Source of the DNA: an uncultured Mycoplasmatota bacterium
Lineage (GTDB): Bacteria; Bacillota_I; Bacilli_A; RF39; UBA660
DNA: 51,467 nt
Reading direction: 5' to 3'
NCBI GenBank assembly: GCA_947574215.1
Contig: CANPIX010000005.1
Span: forward strand, 1-51,467
In this document: positions 1 through 9,831 of the stretch, one piece after another
Layout: every line of letters starts with the position of its first letter
Numbering within the stretch: the stretch's first letter is position 1
Notes under the pieces: model-generated
Databases searched by the model: none
What the model saw: only the letters and a program-made list of their open reading frames with translations
What the model was told of the DNA's origin: nothing
Program-made: the position numbers and the translations under genes

Positions 1-50
1 TCTCTTTCACTTGTATTTTCGTTTCTTATACTGGATTTTACTTTTTCACT

Positions 51-1340
51 TTACCCCTCTTTTTCTTTTTTATCAGGATTTAAAATTGTAACCGCTATAT
101 TCTTACTATCTAATTTTTTGATCACTTTATTTACATCTTCTAAAGTAATATGTTCTAAATGATCTTTCTCATTTTCTACAACACCATTAAAAGTTAAAAT
201 TTCTTCTTGCATAGTGGTATTCACACTCATAATATCATCATATTTTAGCACTAAAGTGGCTATACTTGCATTTATTTTTCGACGTAAATTCTCTTCAGTA
301 ATCATTAAATGATTGAATTGATTCTTAATTTCTTTAATCACTTCTTTTGGATATTTTGTTTCTAAAGTAACTGTGAAAATTAAATAATCCTCTATAAAAA
401 TACGACTAGCATTCATGTAATTTATAAGTTCTTTTTCCATTAAATATTCTTTTAAATCACTGGTTGGTCCAAAATTACTAACGACAAGTAAAGAAGTTAT
501 TAAACGAAGTTCAATGGGATTGATGTTTTTAAAAACACTTAAAGGTGTTTTTAATGAAATTTTTACTTTTGGAGTTTCGACATTACCAAAAATTTCTGTA
601 AGTGAACTAACAACACTCGTTTCTTCACGATAATTCTTCAATTTAGGATTCTTATAAGGTAATACTTTCTTTTGTTTTATATTTTCTTCTACAATTTTAA
701 AAACATCATAAGGGTTTACATTTCCTGTAACTACCAAAAACATATTTTTTGGGTGGTAAAAGGTATTATATACAAATTCGATATCTTCTATTTTAGTAGA
801 TTCTACGTCTTCTTTTTTTCCTGTAATAGACTCTTTGTACTTGTATTTATGAAAAAGATCCGCATAGTGAGTAAAATACAGTTTTGTATCAGGAAAATCT
901 TCATCCATAGAAAGTTCTTCAATAATAATATTTTTCTCTTTATTTACCATTTTTTTAGTAAAGCTAGGAGTAAGAACAAAATCAAGTAAATGATTTAAGT
1001 TTGCTTTAAATTCTTTAGTACTATACAAATGGTAACAAGTATAATCAAATGTGGTAAATGCATTAACCTCACTTCCATACTGTGCGTAAAAATCTGTTGC
1101 CGTTGTTCCATCAGGTTCATAAAAATTTAAATGCTCTATAAAATGTGCTATTCCACTCGGTATTTTATAATATTTATTTTTACCATTTATCTTAAATTCT
1201 TGATGAATGGAACCAAAATTCACACACAAAGAACTAAAAGCACCTTTTACTTTATCATTTTTCCAAACATATACTGGTAAATTTTCAATTTTGTCATAAT
1301 AAACGATTTCTTTAATTCCTTTTAATTCAATCTCTTTCAT
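51..1340 (-). CDS. M16 family zinc peptidase (YmfH-like, catalytic subunit)
   Basis: Inverted zinc motif GIAHFIEH (HxxEH), NAFTTFDYT; overlaps partner gene by 4 nt. Confidence 0.9.
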   Translation of the reverse strand: MKEIELKGIKEIVYYDKIENLPVYVWKNDKVKGAFSSLCVNFGSIHQEFKINGKNKYYKIPSGIAHFIEHLNFYEPDGTTATDFYAQYGSEVNAFTTFDYTCYHLYSTKEFKANLNHLLDFVLTPSFTKKMVNKEKNIIIEELSMDEDFPDTKLYFTHYADLFHKYKYKESITGKKEDVESTKIEDIEFVYNTFYHPKNMFLVVTGNVNPYDVFKIVEENIKQKKVLPYKNPKLKNYREETSVVSSLTEIFGNVETPKVKISLKTPLSVFKNINPIELRLITSLLVVSNFGPTSDLKEYLMEKELINYMNASRIFIEDYLIFTVTLETKYPKEVIKEIKNQFNHLMITEENLRRKINASIATLVLKYDDIMSVNTTMQEEILTFNGVVENEKDHLEHITLEDVNKVIKKLDSKNIAVTILNPDKKEKEG

Positions 1341-2611
1341 GAAGCATCTTCCCCTTTACTTTGCAATTCATAAATAAAATTCAACTTTAATTTTTTACCT
1401 ATGGCTTTTAATTCTTTTATAGTTATCTTTTTATAGGCTTCTTTTAATTCTTCAAATAAAGGTGCACCAACTATCGTATGAAATGTATAATTGTTTATTA
1501 AACTATTTTGATTGTCCATAACAATATCTAAAGAGGTTTCTAGTTGATTTCTCGCCATAGTGATTTCTTCTTCACTAATTTTTCCACTTGCCATATCTTT
1601 AACACATTGCTTTATAAGCTTTGCCGCCAAAGAGACATTTTTAGAATCTAAGCCAACGTACACATAATACATATTATCATATTTTGAATTGATGGAAGAA
1701 ACACTATAACAAAGTCCACGTTCTTCTCGTAAAGAATTGTATATTTTTGCTTTTAATCCTCCACTACATAAAATCTCATCAAAAAAATAAAGGGTTATAA
1801 ATAATTCTTCTTTAGTTAATTTTTCTAAATTAAAGCCAAGAACTAAGTTACTTTGTGAAAAATTGCCTTTTTCTTTAACAATTAACTCTTTTTTTCTCAT
1901 CTTATTTTCTACAAAAGTTTCTACACGATGATTTTTTATACAATTGTTATGAAAAGTTTTTTCAATAATTTTTACAACTTTTTCCATATCCAAATCACCA
2001 ATAATATAAATATTGCATAAACTATTTTTATAAAATTTTTCATAAAATGCATACAAACTCTCTGGAGTAATTGCTTCTACTTCTTCTTTTGTGCCTAAAA
2101 CACTAGAAGCAGTAATAGAATCTTTGTCCATATGAAGTAATGCTTGACGAAAAGCGTAATTGGTTGGATTTTCTTTTAGCGCATCAATGTCTGACAAAAT
2201 CCTTTTTTTAATAATTTTAAACGTACGCTCATTAAAAGCATTTTTTTCAATATTAGGATGTTCAATAATTTCAAATGGCAATTTTAGAGCATTCTGTAAA
2301 AAAGTTTCATCATTGATAAATTCAGGATTTAAAAAATCAAAAATAAAACTAGAAAGTACCATATTACCAACTTTACTTGATACTCCATAAAAGTAAGACT
2401 GATAAAGTTCCTCCAACTTGATAACTATATCTTTTCTTCTTGGGTATTTTTTAGAAGAGTGACACATCATATCCACTAAAAAATTACGAAGACCAAGCTC
2501 TTCTTTTTTTGCATTATCATAAAAAGTAATTTCCATATGACAATTTTTAAATTTATTGGTTTGTATTGTATAAATTGTATAAGTATCCATTTCAAATTTT
2601 TGGTATTTCAT
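1337..2611 (-). CDS. M16 family peptidase, non-catalytic subunit (YmfF-like)
   Basis: TNKFK N-terminal motif, LREERGLCYSVSS motif, no HxxEH; paired with YmfH-like gene. Confidence 0.85.
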   Translation of the reverse strand: MKYQKFEMDTYTIYTIQTNKFKNCHMEITFYDNAKKEELGLRNFLVDMMCHSSKKYPRRKDIVIKLEELYQSYFYGVSSKVGNMVLSSFIFDFLNPEFINDETFLQNALKLPFEIIEHPNIEKNAFNERTFKIIKKRILSDIDALKENPTNYAFRQALLHMDKDSITASSVLGTKEEVEAITPESLYAFYEKFYKNSLCNIYIIGDLDMEKVVKIIEKTFHNNCIKNHRVETFVENKMRKKELIVKEKGNFSQSNLVLGFNLEKLTKEELFITLYFFDEILCSGGLKAKIYNSLREERGLCYSVSSINSKYDNMYYVYVGLDSKNVSLAAKLIKQCVKDMASGKISEEEITMARNQLETSLDIVMDNQNSLINNYTFHTIVGAPLFEELKEAYKKITIKELKAIGKKLKLNFIYELQSKGEDAS

Positions 2612-2824
2612 TATACACCTCTCTTTTCTTTAGTATACACATAAATTAGCTATTTATAAATTAAAAAATAAAATATAACTTACAAAAAAGAGCAAATTAT
2701 ATTTTATTTTGTTAATTCAAATTTTTTTCTATTTATTATCTTCTCTACACATATATATACACTTTAAATTTAAAAGATCCTTTTTCTATATAAAAATTAA
2801 TATTTTTTTCTTTTTGCTGAATTT

Positions 2825-4573
2825 TTAGTTTTCTACTAAAATCGCTTTTATTCTACGAACTCCCGCACTACTAGCTTCTTCTTTTTTTATTGTAAATTTT
2901 CCTAATTCACTTGTACGTTTTACATGAGGTCCACCGCACAATTCTTTAGAAATCTCTCCAATCGAATAAACGGTTACAAGACTTGGATACTTTTCTATAA
3001 ACATACATTCTGCACCGGAATCGATAGCTTCTTGTTTTGGCATTTCCAAAACACTTACTTCTAAATCTTCTTGTATCCACTTATTTACAAGATTTTCTAC
3101 TTGTTCTTTTTCTGCATCGCTTAGTTTGTGATCACAAGAAAAATCAAAACGCATACGCTCACTTGTAATATTACTTCCCTTTTGATGAACTTCAGGACCA
3201 ATTACTACTTTTAATGCGGCATTCAAAAGATGTGTTGCTGTGTGGTATTTTGTTTCTATTTCTCCATTTCCAGCAAGTCCACCTTTAAATTTACCAGCAG
3301 AAGCCGTTCTTGATAATTCTTGATGTTGTTTAAATTTTTCTTGAAAGCCCATTTGATCTACAGTAATACCTTTTTCTTCTGCAAGCTCTATAGTTAGTTC
3401 AATAGGAAATCCATAGGTATCGTACAAATGAAAAGCCATTTCACCAGAAATTTCATTCGCATTTTTTATGACTTTTTCAAATTCTTTTAAACCACGTTCC
3501 AAAGTACGATTGAATTTTTCTTTTTCCATTTTTAAAACTTCTAAAACAACATCATAATTTTCTTCTAATTCTTTATAATACTTTTTGTATTTCTCCAAAA
3601 TTAGAATTGCAATTCTTCTTTCCCAATCACTATTAATATCTATATTTAAAGTTTTGGCGTGGCGAATAGCACGTCGTATCAATCTCCTTAAAATATAACC
3701 TTGATCGGTATTACTAGGACGAATGCCTGAGGGATCTGCACTTATAAAAACCGCTGTTCTTATGTGATCCGCTATAATACGCATACTTTTTTCATTTCCT
3801 TTATAAGGAAGATTGGCAATTTCTGAAATTAATTCTATAACGTCTTTCCAAATACTTGAAGTATAATTGTCGTTTACTCCTTCTAATATTGCGGTTGTCC
3901 TTTCAACTCCCATTCCTGTATCCACATTTTTCTTTGGTAGTTCTGTTACTACCCCATTTTCATCTTTAAAATATTGCATAAAAACGTTATTCCAAATTTC
4001 AACCCATCGAGCATCATCTGGATCAAAAACAGTGGGGGTTTCTTCATCACTTCGAAAGTAAAAGATTTCAGTATCGGGTCCACAGGGTCCACTTTCTCCA
4101 GCAATCCAAAAATTATCATCAATCGTTTTGGCAATTCTGGATTCAGAAATTCCTAAGCTTTTCCATTTATTATAACTTTCTTCATCAAAAGGAATCGAAT
4201 CACTTCCTGCATAAACCGTTACCGCAAGCTTTTCTACTGGAATATGAAGAACTTGCGTTAAAAACTCAAAACTCCAAGAAATACTTTCTTCTTTAAAATA
4301 ATCTCCTAAACTCCAATTGCCTAGCATCTCAAAAAACGTATGATGCGTAGTGTCTCCTACACTTTCTAAATCATTGGTACGAATACATTTTTGATAATCA
4401 CACAATCTAGTTCCATAAGGATGCGTTTGTCCCATTAAATAAGGAATTAATGGTTGCATACCTGCGGTATTAAATAACACCGATGGATCATTTTCTGGTA
4501 CCACTGGACTAGATGGGATTTGCTTGTGTCCTTTACTTACAAAAAAATCAATATAAAAATCTTTTAAATTCAT
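2825..4573 (-). CDS. alaS: Alanine--tRNA ligase (short form, no C-Ala domain)
   Basis: LFNTAGMQP, HHTFFEMLGNWS, GPCGPDTE, VDTGMGVER, HTATHLL, ELCGGPHV, GVRRIKA. Confidence 0.97.
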   Translation of the reverse strand: MNLKDFYIDFFVSKGHKQIPSSPVVPENDPSVLFNTAGMQPLIPYLMGQTHPYGTRLCDYQKCIRTNDLESVGDTTHHTFFEMLGNWSLGDYFKEESISWSFEFLTQVLHIPVEKLAVTVYAGSDSIPFDEESYNKWKSLGISESRIAKTIDDNFWIAGESGPCGPDTEIFYFRSDEETPTVFDPDDARWVEIWNNVFMQYFKDENGVVTELPKKNVDTGMGVERTTAILEGVNDNYTSSIWKDVIELISEIANLPYKGNEKSMRIIADHIRTAVFISADPSGIRPSNTDQGYILRRLIRRAIRHAKTLNIDINSDWERRIAILILEKYKKYYKELEENYDVVLEVLKMEKEKFNRTLERGLKEFEKVIKNANEISGEMAFHLYDTYGFPIELTIELAEEKGITVDQMGFQEKFKQHQELSRTASAGKFKGGLAGNGEIETKYHTATHLLNAALKVVIGPEVHQKGSNITSERMRFDFSCDHKLSDAEKEQVENLVNKWIQEDLEVSVLEMPKQEAIDSGAECMFIEKYPSLVTVYSIGEISKELCGGPHVKRTSELGKFTIKKEEASSAGVRRIKAILVEN

Positions 4574-4623
4574 AAAAATTTCTCCTTCTTTTTGAATATT
4601 TTTTTCATTACTCTATTTATTTT

Positions 4624-5151
4624 CTATAATTTTTTTACGATAGTTTGAGCGATTATTTCTAACTCATTTTTCTTCTTATTTTGTACGACATAGTCGTAAT
4701 GTAGATAGTCTCGAAATTCATTTTCTGTAATATGTGCTTTTTCTTCTTCGGTCAAATTATTTTGTAAATTTTCATTCTCTACCAAAATTGTCGTAACATC
4801 GTATTCTGTTTTTTTCATCTCTTCTATTTCTTTAAGAAGTCGAACATCCGATAGAACGACAATATCATAAAACTTTTCATAAACACGAAAATCTTCTAGC
4901 ATTCTTCTTATAAAAAAATTAAAATCTTTTATTTCTTCTCGAATAAAACTTCCTGTATCTTGTAAAAATTTACGTGGCTTCGTATCACGATTTCCATCAT
5001 AACCTAAAATTTCACTCGCATACATTTTAATGTACTTACTGTATTCCGTCTGTAACGCCCGTAGATTTTTTTCTTTAGCAAAAGAAACGATTTTTTCTCC
5101 CAAATACGTTTTTCCGCTTCCAGCTCTTCCTGCAATTAAAATAGCTTTCAT
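4624..5151 (-). CDS. P-loop NMP-kinase-fold protein (dNMP kinase / phosphomevalonate kinase-like)
   Basis: AGRAGSGKT Walker A, RKFLQ and SDVR motifs; start moved to ATG 5151 (GGAGG RBS) because the longer ORF start lies inside the T-box terminator. Confidence 0.7.
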   Translation of the reverse strand: MKAILIAGRAGSGKTYLGEKIVSFAKEKNLRALQTEYSKYIKMYASEILGYDGNRDTKPRKFLQDTGSFIREEIKDFNFFIRRMLEDFRVYEKFYDIVVLSDVRLLKEIEEMKKTEYDVTTILVENENLQNNLTEEEKAHITENEFRDYLHYDYVVQNKKKNELEIIAQTIVKKL

Positions 5152-5163
5152 AAATTCCTCCAT

Positions 5164-5356
5164 AAAAAATACCACAAAAATTCCCCTTGTAAGGAGCAAT
5201 TCTGCGGTACCATCCTTTTAGTTTACTTAATTTTTTTTAACGAGCAAAACCCGGTTAATCTTGGGATAAGTAGCAACTTGAAAAGATTTCTTTGTTTGTT
5301 TTCCACCAAGAACAAACTCTCTATAAAATACTTACTTTTCAATTTCTTATCTTACT
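5164..5356 (-). promoter_or_regulatory. T-box riboswitch, Ala specifier (GCU)
   Basis: Minus strand: AGAGAG and GGTGG distal Stem I boxes, specifier GCT at 5272-5274, T-box AAGGATGGTACCGC at 5204-5217 pairing with GCTCCTT, terminator stem plus T-run; alaS downstream. Confidence 0.9.
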
Positions 5357-5361
5357 AACGA

Positions 5362-6498
5362 TTAATTTGTATTCAAAATTTGATATTTATTTTGGATAAA
5401 TTCCCATATAACTTTTAAGAGTGCTATACATGGAGTAGCCAAAATCATTCCTATTATACCAAAGAAATTGTTAAAAATCAAAAGCCCTATCATAATGGTT
5501 ACTGGATGCAATTTCATAGTTTTACTCATAACTACTGGTTGTAAGATAAAGTTTTCAACACATTGAACGACAATACAAATAATTAAAGTCATAACACCAA
5601 TAAAAGTACTTTGGCTAAAACCAATGACTACAGCAACGGCTCCACCAATATAAGGACCTATGTAAGGGATTAAATCGGTAATTCCACAGAAAAGTCCAAA
5701 AAGTACTGGAGCTTGTAAGCCAATAACAACAAATCCAATGGAATCGCAAACAAAAACCATAGTAGCTACAAGAAGCGTTCCATTAACACTTTTTCTTACC
5801 TCTCCACCTATATTGTTAAGAAGAACCTGTGCTTCAAATCGCTTACGTTCTGGAAGTAAATTTAAAAAATGTCTAGAAATCGAATCAAAATCAAAAAGCA
5901 TATAAAGTCCTACAAATAAACCAAGAGCAATAGTTACCAAGCTTGAAAAGAAGTTTACAATAATATTCAAAAGTGTTGTTGGAAAAGTCGTTGTAAATTC
6001 TGTTAATTTTGTTTCCATAGTGGTCATAACATTGGAACGAATGGCTTCAATATCCAATCCTTCTACATTAGAAAATTTTAAGAAGATATCATTAATACTA
6101 TTTTTGGCTTCATTAAAAATAGTTGGTAAATTTTTAATAAGTTCATTGATTTGCATATAAACGGTTGGTACCAAAAAGCGTAAGAAAACTATAACAATAA
6201 GCAAAAAGATTGCGTAAACAATGATAGCCCCCATCATTCTTGGAACACCCTTTAGTTCTAACTTTTTAACCAAAGGATTAAAAAGCCAAGCAATAATAAA
6301 ACCTATAAATAAAGGAGATAGCACCTTTAAAAAGGCAAAAACAAATTTTAAAATTCCCCATTCTTTTATAAGTAATGTTACGATTAAAACACATGCAATA
6401 ATCATAGCAACATACAAAATATGTAAAATTTTACTGGATAAACTTACAACTTCATTGACGCCATCAATATTAATTTCACTTTTCTTTTTCTTTTCCAT
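5362..6498 (-). CDS. AI-2E family transporter
   Basis: Multi-TM; LIPYIGPYIG, ENFILQP, LHPVTIMIGLL, GMILATP motifs; ATG overlaps miaB stop (TAATG). Confidence 0.9.
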   Translation of the reverse strand: MEKKKKSEINIDGVNEVVSLSSKILHILYVAMIIACVLIVTLLIKEWGILKFVFAFLKVLSPLFIGFIIAWLFNPLVKKLELKGVPRMMGAIIVYAIFLLIVIVFLRFLVPTVYMQINELIKNLPTIFNEAKNSINDIFLKFSNVEGLDIEAIRSNVMTTMETKLTEFTTTFPTTLLNIIVNFFSSLVTIALGLFVGLYMLFDFDSISRHFLNLLPERKRFEAQVLLNNIGGEVRKSVNGTLLVATMVFVCDSIGFVVIGLQAPVLFGLFCGITDLIPYIGPYIGGAVAVVIGFSQSTFIGVMTLIICIVVQCVENFILQPVVMSKTMKLHPVTIMIGLLIFNNFFGIIGMILATPCIALLKVIWEFIQNKYQILNTN

Positions 6499-7919
6499 TA
6501 TACACATTCACCACTTTCTATCATTTCTCCGTCTAAACTAAAACTCTTAGCCTCCGTTATTTTTACAGAAACGATTTGGCCAATACAATCAGCCCCTTTA
6601 TTAATATTTACGAGTTTCATAGTATCAGTATACCCATAAACACGAGTTTTATCTTTTTCATTTTCTCCTAAAACCAAAACGGGTACAATTTTTCCTTCTA
6701 ACGCTTGATTCGCTTTTAATGAATAACGATTTACGAATTCATTTAGCCTTTGCAAGCGCTTTTCTTTTTCTTCCAAAGTTATCGTATCTTTTATTAGACT
6801 TGCAGGAGTTCCTTCTCTTGGACTATATATAAATGTAAAAGCAGAATCAAATTGACAAGTATTTACTACATCCAAAGTTTCTAAAAAATCATTTTCTGTT
6901 TCGTTTGGGAATCCTACAATAATATCTGTAGTGATAGAAACATTTGGAATCCGTTTTTTAATTTTTTGAAATAATTCAATATACTCTTTCTTTGTATACC
7001 TTCGTCCCATTAACTTTAAAATAGAATCACTTCCACTTTGCAAAGGCAAATGAATATAAGGCATTATATTTTCGTATTTGGCAATCACGTCAATCATTTC
7101 ATCGGTAAAATTCCATGGATGACTAGTTACAAAACGGATGCGCTCTATTTTCGTTTCAGCAACTCTTTCTAATAAATCTTTAAAGTCATACCCTAATTGT
7201 AAATCTCTTCCATAAGCATTCACATTCTGACCAAGTAGAGTCACTTCTTTGTATCCTTGTTTTTTTAACTCTTGCACTTCAAAAACAATATTTTCTAGTT
7301 TACGACTTCTTTCTTTCCCTCTAGTGTAAGGAACAATACAGTAAGTACAAAATTTATCGCAGCCATACATAATATTTACCCAAGCTGTAATTTTAGAGTC
7401 TCTTTGGTATTTAATTCCTTCGTATACGTCTCCTTCTATACTATAAACTTCTATTTCTTGCTCCTTTTTTTGATGCTCTAATAAAAGACGAGGCAATTCA
7501 CTAATATTATGGGTTCCAAAAACGATATCGACATAAGGGTGCTTCGTTTTGATTTCTTCAACAACACTATCTTCTTGGCTCATACATCCACCAATAGCAA
7601 TAAGCAATTCTGGTTTTTCACGTTTTAAATGTTTACAGCGTCCTAAATAACCAAAAACTTTATCATGCGCATTTTCTCTTATGGCACAGGTATTTAAAAC
7701 CACCAAATCACTTTCTTCTAACTCTTTTGTTTCTACAAAACCAAGGAGTTCTAAATATTTTTTGATTTCTTCAGAATCATGAACATTCATTTGACAACCA
7801 TACGTTCTTAAAAAATATTTTTTGTTTTGAAAAAAGTTTGGAAAATCATAACATACTTTTTTTTCTTCTACTTTTTTATCCGTTCTTTTTTTTGCGTTAC
7901 TTAAGCTTGGAAAATTCAT
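6498..7919 (-). CDS. miaB: tRNA-2-methylthio-N6-dimethylallyladenosine synthase
   Basis: TYGCQMNVHDSE, LNTCAIRENA, radical SAM CDKFCTYC, C-terminal TRAM domain. Confidence 0.96.
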   Translation of the reverse strand: MNFPSLSNAKKRTDKKVEEKKVCYDFPNFFQNKKYFLRTYGCQMNVHDSEEIKKYLELLGFVETKELEESDLVVLNTCAIRENAHDKVFGYLGRCKHLKREKPELLIAIGGCMSQEDSVVEEIKTKHPYVDIVFGTHNISELPRLLLEHQKKEQEIEVYSIEGDVYEGIKYQRDSKITAWVNIMYGCDKFCTYCIVPYTRGKERSRKLENIVFEVQELKKQGYKEVTLLGQNVNAYGRDLQLGYDFKDLLERVAETKIERIRFVTSHPWNFTDEMIDVIAKYENIMPYIHLPLQSGSDSILKLMGRRYTKKEYIELFQKIKKRIPNVSITTDIIVGFPNETENDFLETLDVVNTCQFDSAFTFIYSPREGTPASLIKDTITLEEKEKRLQRLNEFVNRYSLKANQALEGKIVPVLVLGENEKDKTRVYGYTDTMKLVNINKGADCIGQIVSVKITEAKSFSLDGEMIESGECV

Positions 7920-7968
7920 GGATATCACTTCCTAAAGGATATTATATCATAATTTCTTTTGAAATCCT

Positions 7969-9753
7969 TTATAACCTTTTCGTTCTTTCTAATATATTAG
8001 TTTCACTTGCTTTCTCACCATTTGATTTATTCATGTAACTATCAAAAAGTAAAAGATAATTTTTTGAAACTGTATCAGTTAAAAAACCATTAATGTGTGC
8101 TTTTAAAACACAAAGTTGTTGATAGCCTAACCAAGTAGTCGTATCCAAAACCATCTCACTTCTTTCCTGCGGAATGGAAGAATAAGAAGATGGTAGTTGA
8201 AAATCATTTAATAAATTTAAAAGATCGTACGCCTCACTTTTTGGAATTTTCCCTAAATAATACACAATTTTATTATGAATGCGCTCAATATTTTCGTTTT
8301 TAAATTCTGCTCGATTTAAATAAAGTGTAGGCAACTGGTTTTTTTTCATAAAGGATTTTAATTCTTTATTTAATATATAATTTATGATACGTTCTATTCT
8401 AAAAGATGATGGATAGAATTCTTCGAAAGAAGAATAACAAATGATTTTTTTTAATGTTCCTATAAAGTTTTTAAGTTCATTATTTTCACGATAGTTTATT
8501 AATTCATCTCTAGAAAAACTACGATGTATTTTTATAAAACTTTCAAACATATCCAAAGCAAGAATTTTACCATTGGGTGCAATTTTTAATTGATAAGTAA
8601 AAGTAGGATACATGCCATCTTTTGTTAATCGATTAATCATCTTTTTTAAGTCTTTTTGGTCTACTTTTTCTAAGGATTCCATTTTTTGACACCAATTACT
8701 TTCCGCAGGAATAAAAGATGTATCTAAAACATGAATCGATAAATTGGTATTAAAATCTAAATCTTGATCATACTGAAAAGCGTATTTTTTATTATCAAAT
8801 GCAAACACTTCTGCAGTTTTCTCTGTTAAATCCATTCTTCTTTTTTGGTATTTTAGTTGTAACATCATTGTTCTCAAAGCAACTATAGAATAAATATCCC
8901 CTGTCTCATTTCCAGAAACCATAGTTTTTTCTTCACAACATATGGGTGAAATTTCTTCATAAGCTTTCAAGAAATTAGGATTGATTTGAATGAGTTCTTG
9001 TACAAATGAAACATTATTTTCCTCTTCTAAAAGTTCTTTTAAAATCAAAGAGTAAAAATAATTTTCTGGTATTTCTTTTTTGACTTTATGTTTTTGATGA
9101 ATACAATTTATTTTCTTTTCTGTTAAACCAATTCGATATCTTTTACAAATACCAATATATTCTTTAAAACGAAAAATTTCTCCCTTATTCTCTCTTATTT
9201 TTAATTCGATCATTCGTTCCAAAGAATTCTTTGTTTTTTTGTTATCTTCTTTTGATTCACTTTCTGTCGTTTTTTTAGTCTTTCTATTCTTTTTTAAGTT
9301 TAAATCTCTATTTGATTTTTTTGATATTTTCAAAAAATAATTTTCTTCATTATATAAGGCTATTTTTGCATCATAAACCATTATTTTTTCGTCTAATTTC
9401 TCCTTTTTTTCTTCATTAGAAATAGAACTTTCCAGAATTTCCTCTATTTCTTGTAACTCTAAATCCACTTCGATTTTCTTAACTTTAGGCGTATTGTGAA
9501 CCACCGTAACCTTTTTTCTTTTGACTTTCTCTTTTTGAATTATTTCTAAAGCTCTTTTAATTTTCTTTAAGAGATCACGTATTTCACTAACATCAATAGA
9601 GTTTTGCTTTTTTAAATAATTCAATTTTCCATGCAAATATTTCCAATTTTTCTCTAATTCTTCTTCTAATTTTTTCAAATCCGTTGAATTATAATTTATT
9701 ACTTTTTCTTCAATATTTTCTAATTTTTTTACAATTTCTTCTACATTCAACAT
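7969..9753 (-). CDS. Orphan protein: N-terminal coiled coil plus degenerate RNB (RNase II/R)-like domain
   Basis: RRMDLT..VFAFD, LSIHVLDTS, FESFIKIHRSFS, YILNKELKSF..LPTLY resemble successive RNB motifs; catalytic Asp cluster absent. Confidence 0.55.
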   Translation of the reverse strand: MLNVEEIVKKLENIEEKVINYNSTDLKKLEEELEKNWKYLHGKLNYLKKQNSIDVSEIRDLLKKIKRALEIIQKEKVKRKKVTVVHNTPKVKKIEVDLELQEIEEILESSISNEEKKEKLDEKIMVYDAKIALYNEENYFLKISKKSNRDLNLKKNRKTKKTTESESKEDNKKTKNSLERMIELKIRENKGEIFRFKEYIGICKRYRIGLTEKKINCIHQKHKVKKEIPENYFYSLILKELLEEENNVSFVQELIQINPNFLKAYEEISPICCEEKTMVSGNETGDIYSIVALRTMMLQLKYQKRRMDLTEKTAEVFAFDNKKYAFQYDQDLDFNTNLSIHVLDTSFIPAESNWCQKMESLEKVDQKDLKKMINRLTKDGMYPTFTYQLKIAPNGKILALDMFESFIKIHRSFSRDELINYRENNELKNFIGTLKKIICYSSFEEFYPSSFRIERIINYILNKELKSFMKKNQLPTLYLNRAEFKNENIERIHNKIVYYLGKIPKSEAYDLLNLLNDFQLPSSYSSIPQERSEMVLDTTTWLGYQQLCVLKAHINGFLTDTVSKNYLLLFDSYMNKSNGEKASETNILERTKRL

Positions 9754-9831
9754 AAAAACCTCCATTTTTTTAATTGTACCATTGTTTCTAAAAATTGAGA
9801 AGCCTACAAATAAAAAAAGAACAATAGTCCT

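Noticed and set aside
2650-2715. AT-only inverted repeat downstream of alaS
   Set aside because: Plausible terminator but expected by chance at this AT content; no further support
5152-5199. ORF-track N-terminal extensions of the kinase (and of 13603-14133, 24274-24858, 42458-42868)
   Set aside because: Extensions run through T-box terminators or promoter DNA; downstream ATGs have proper RBSs
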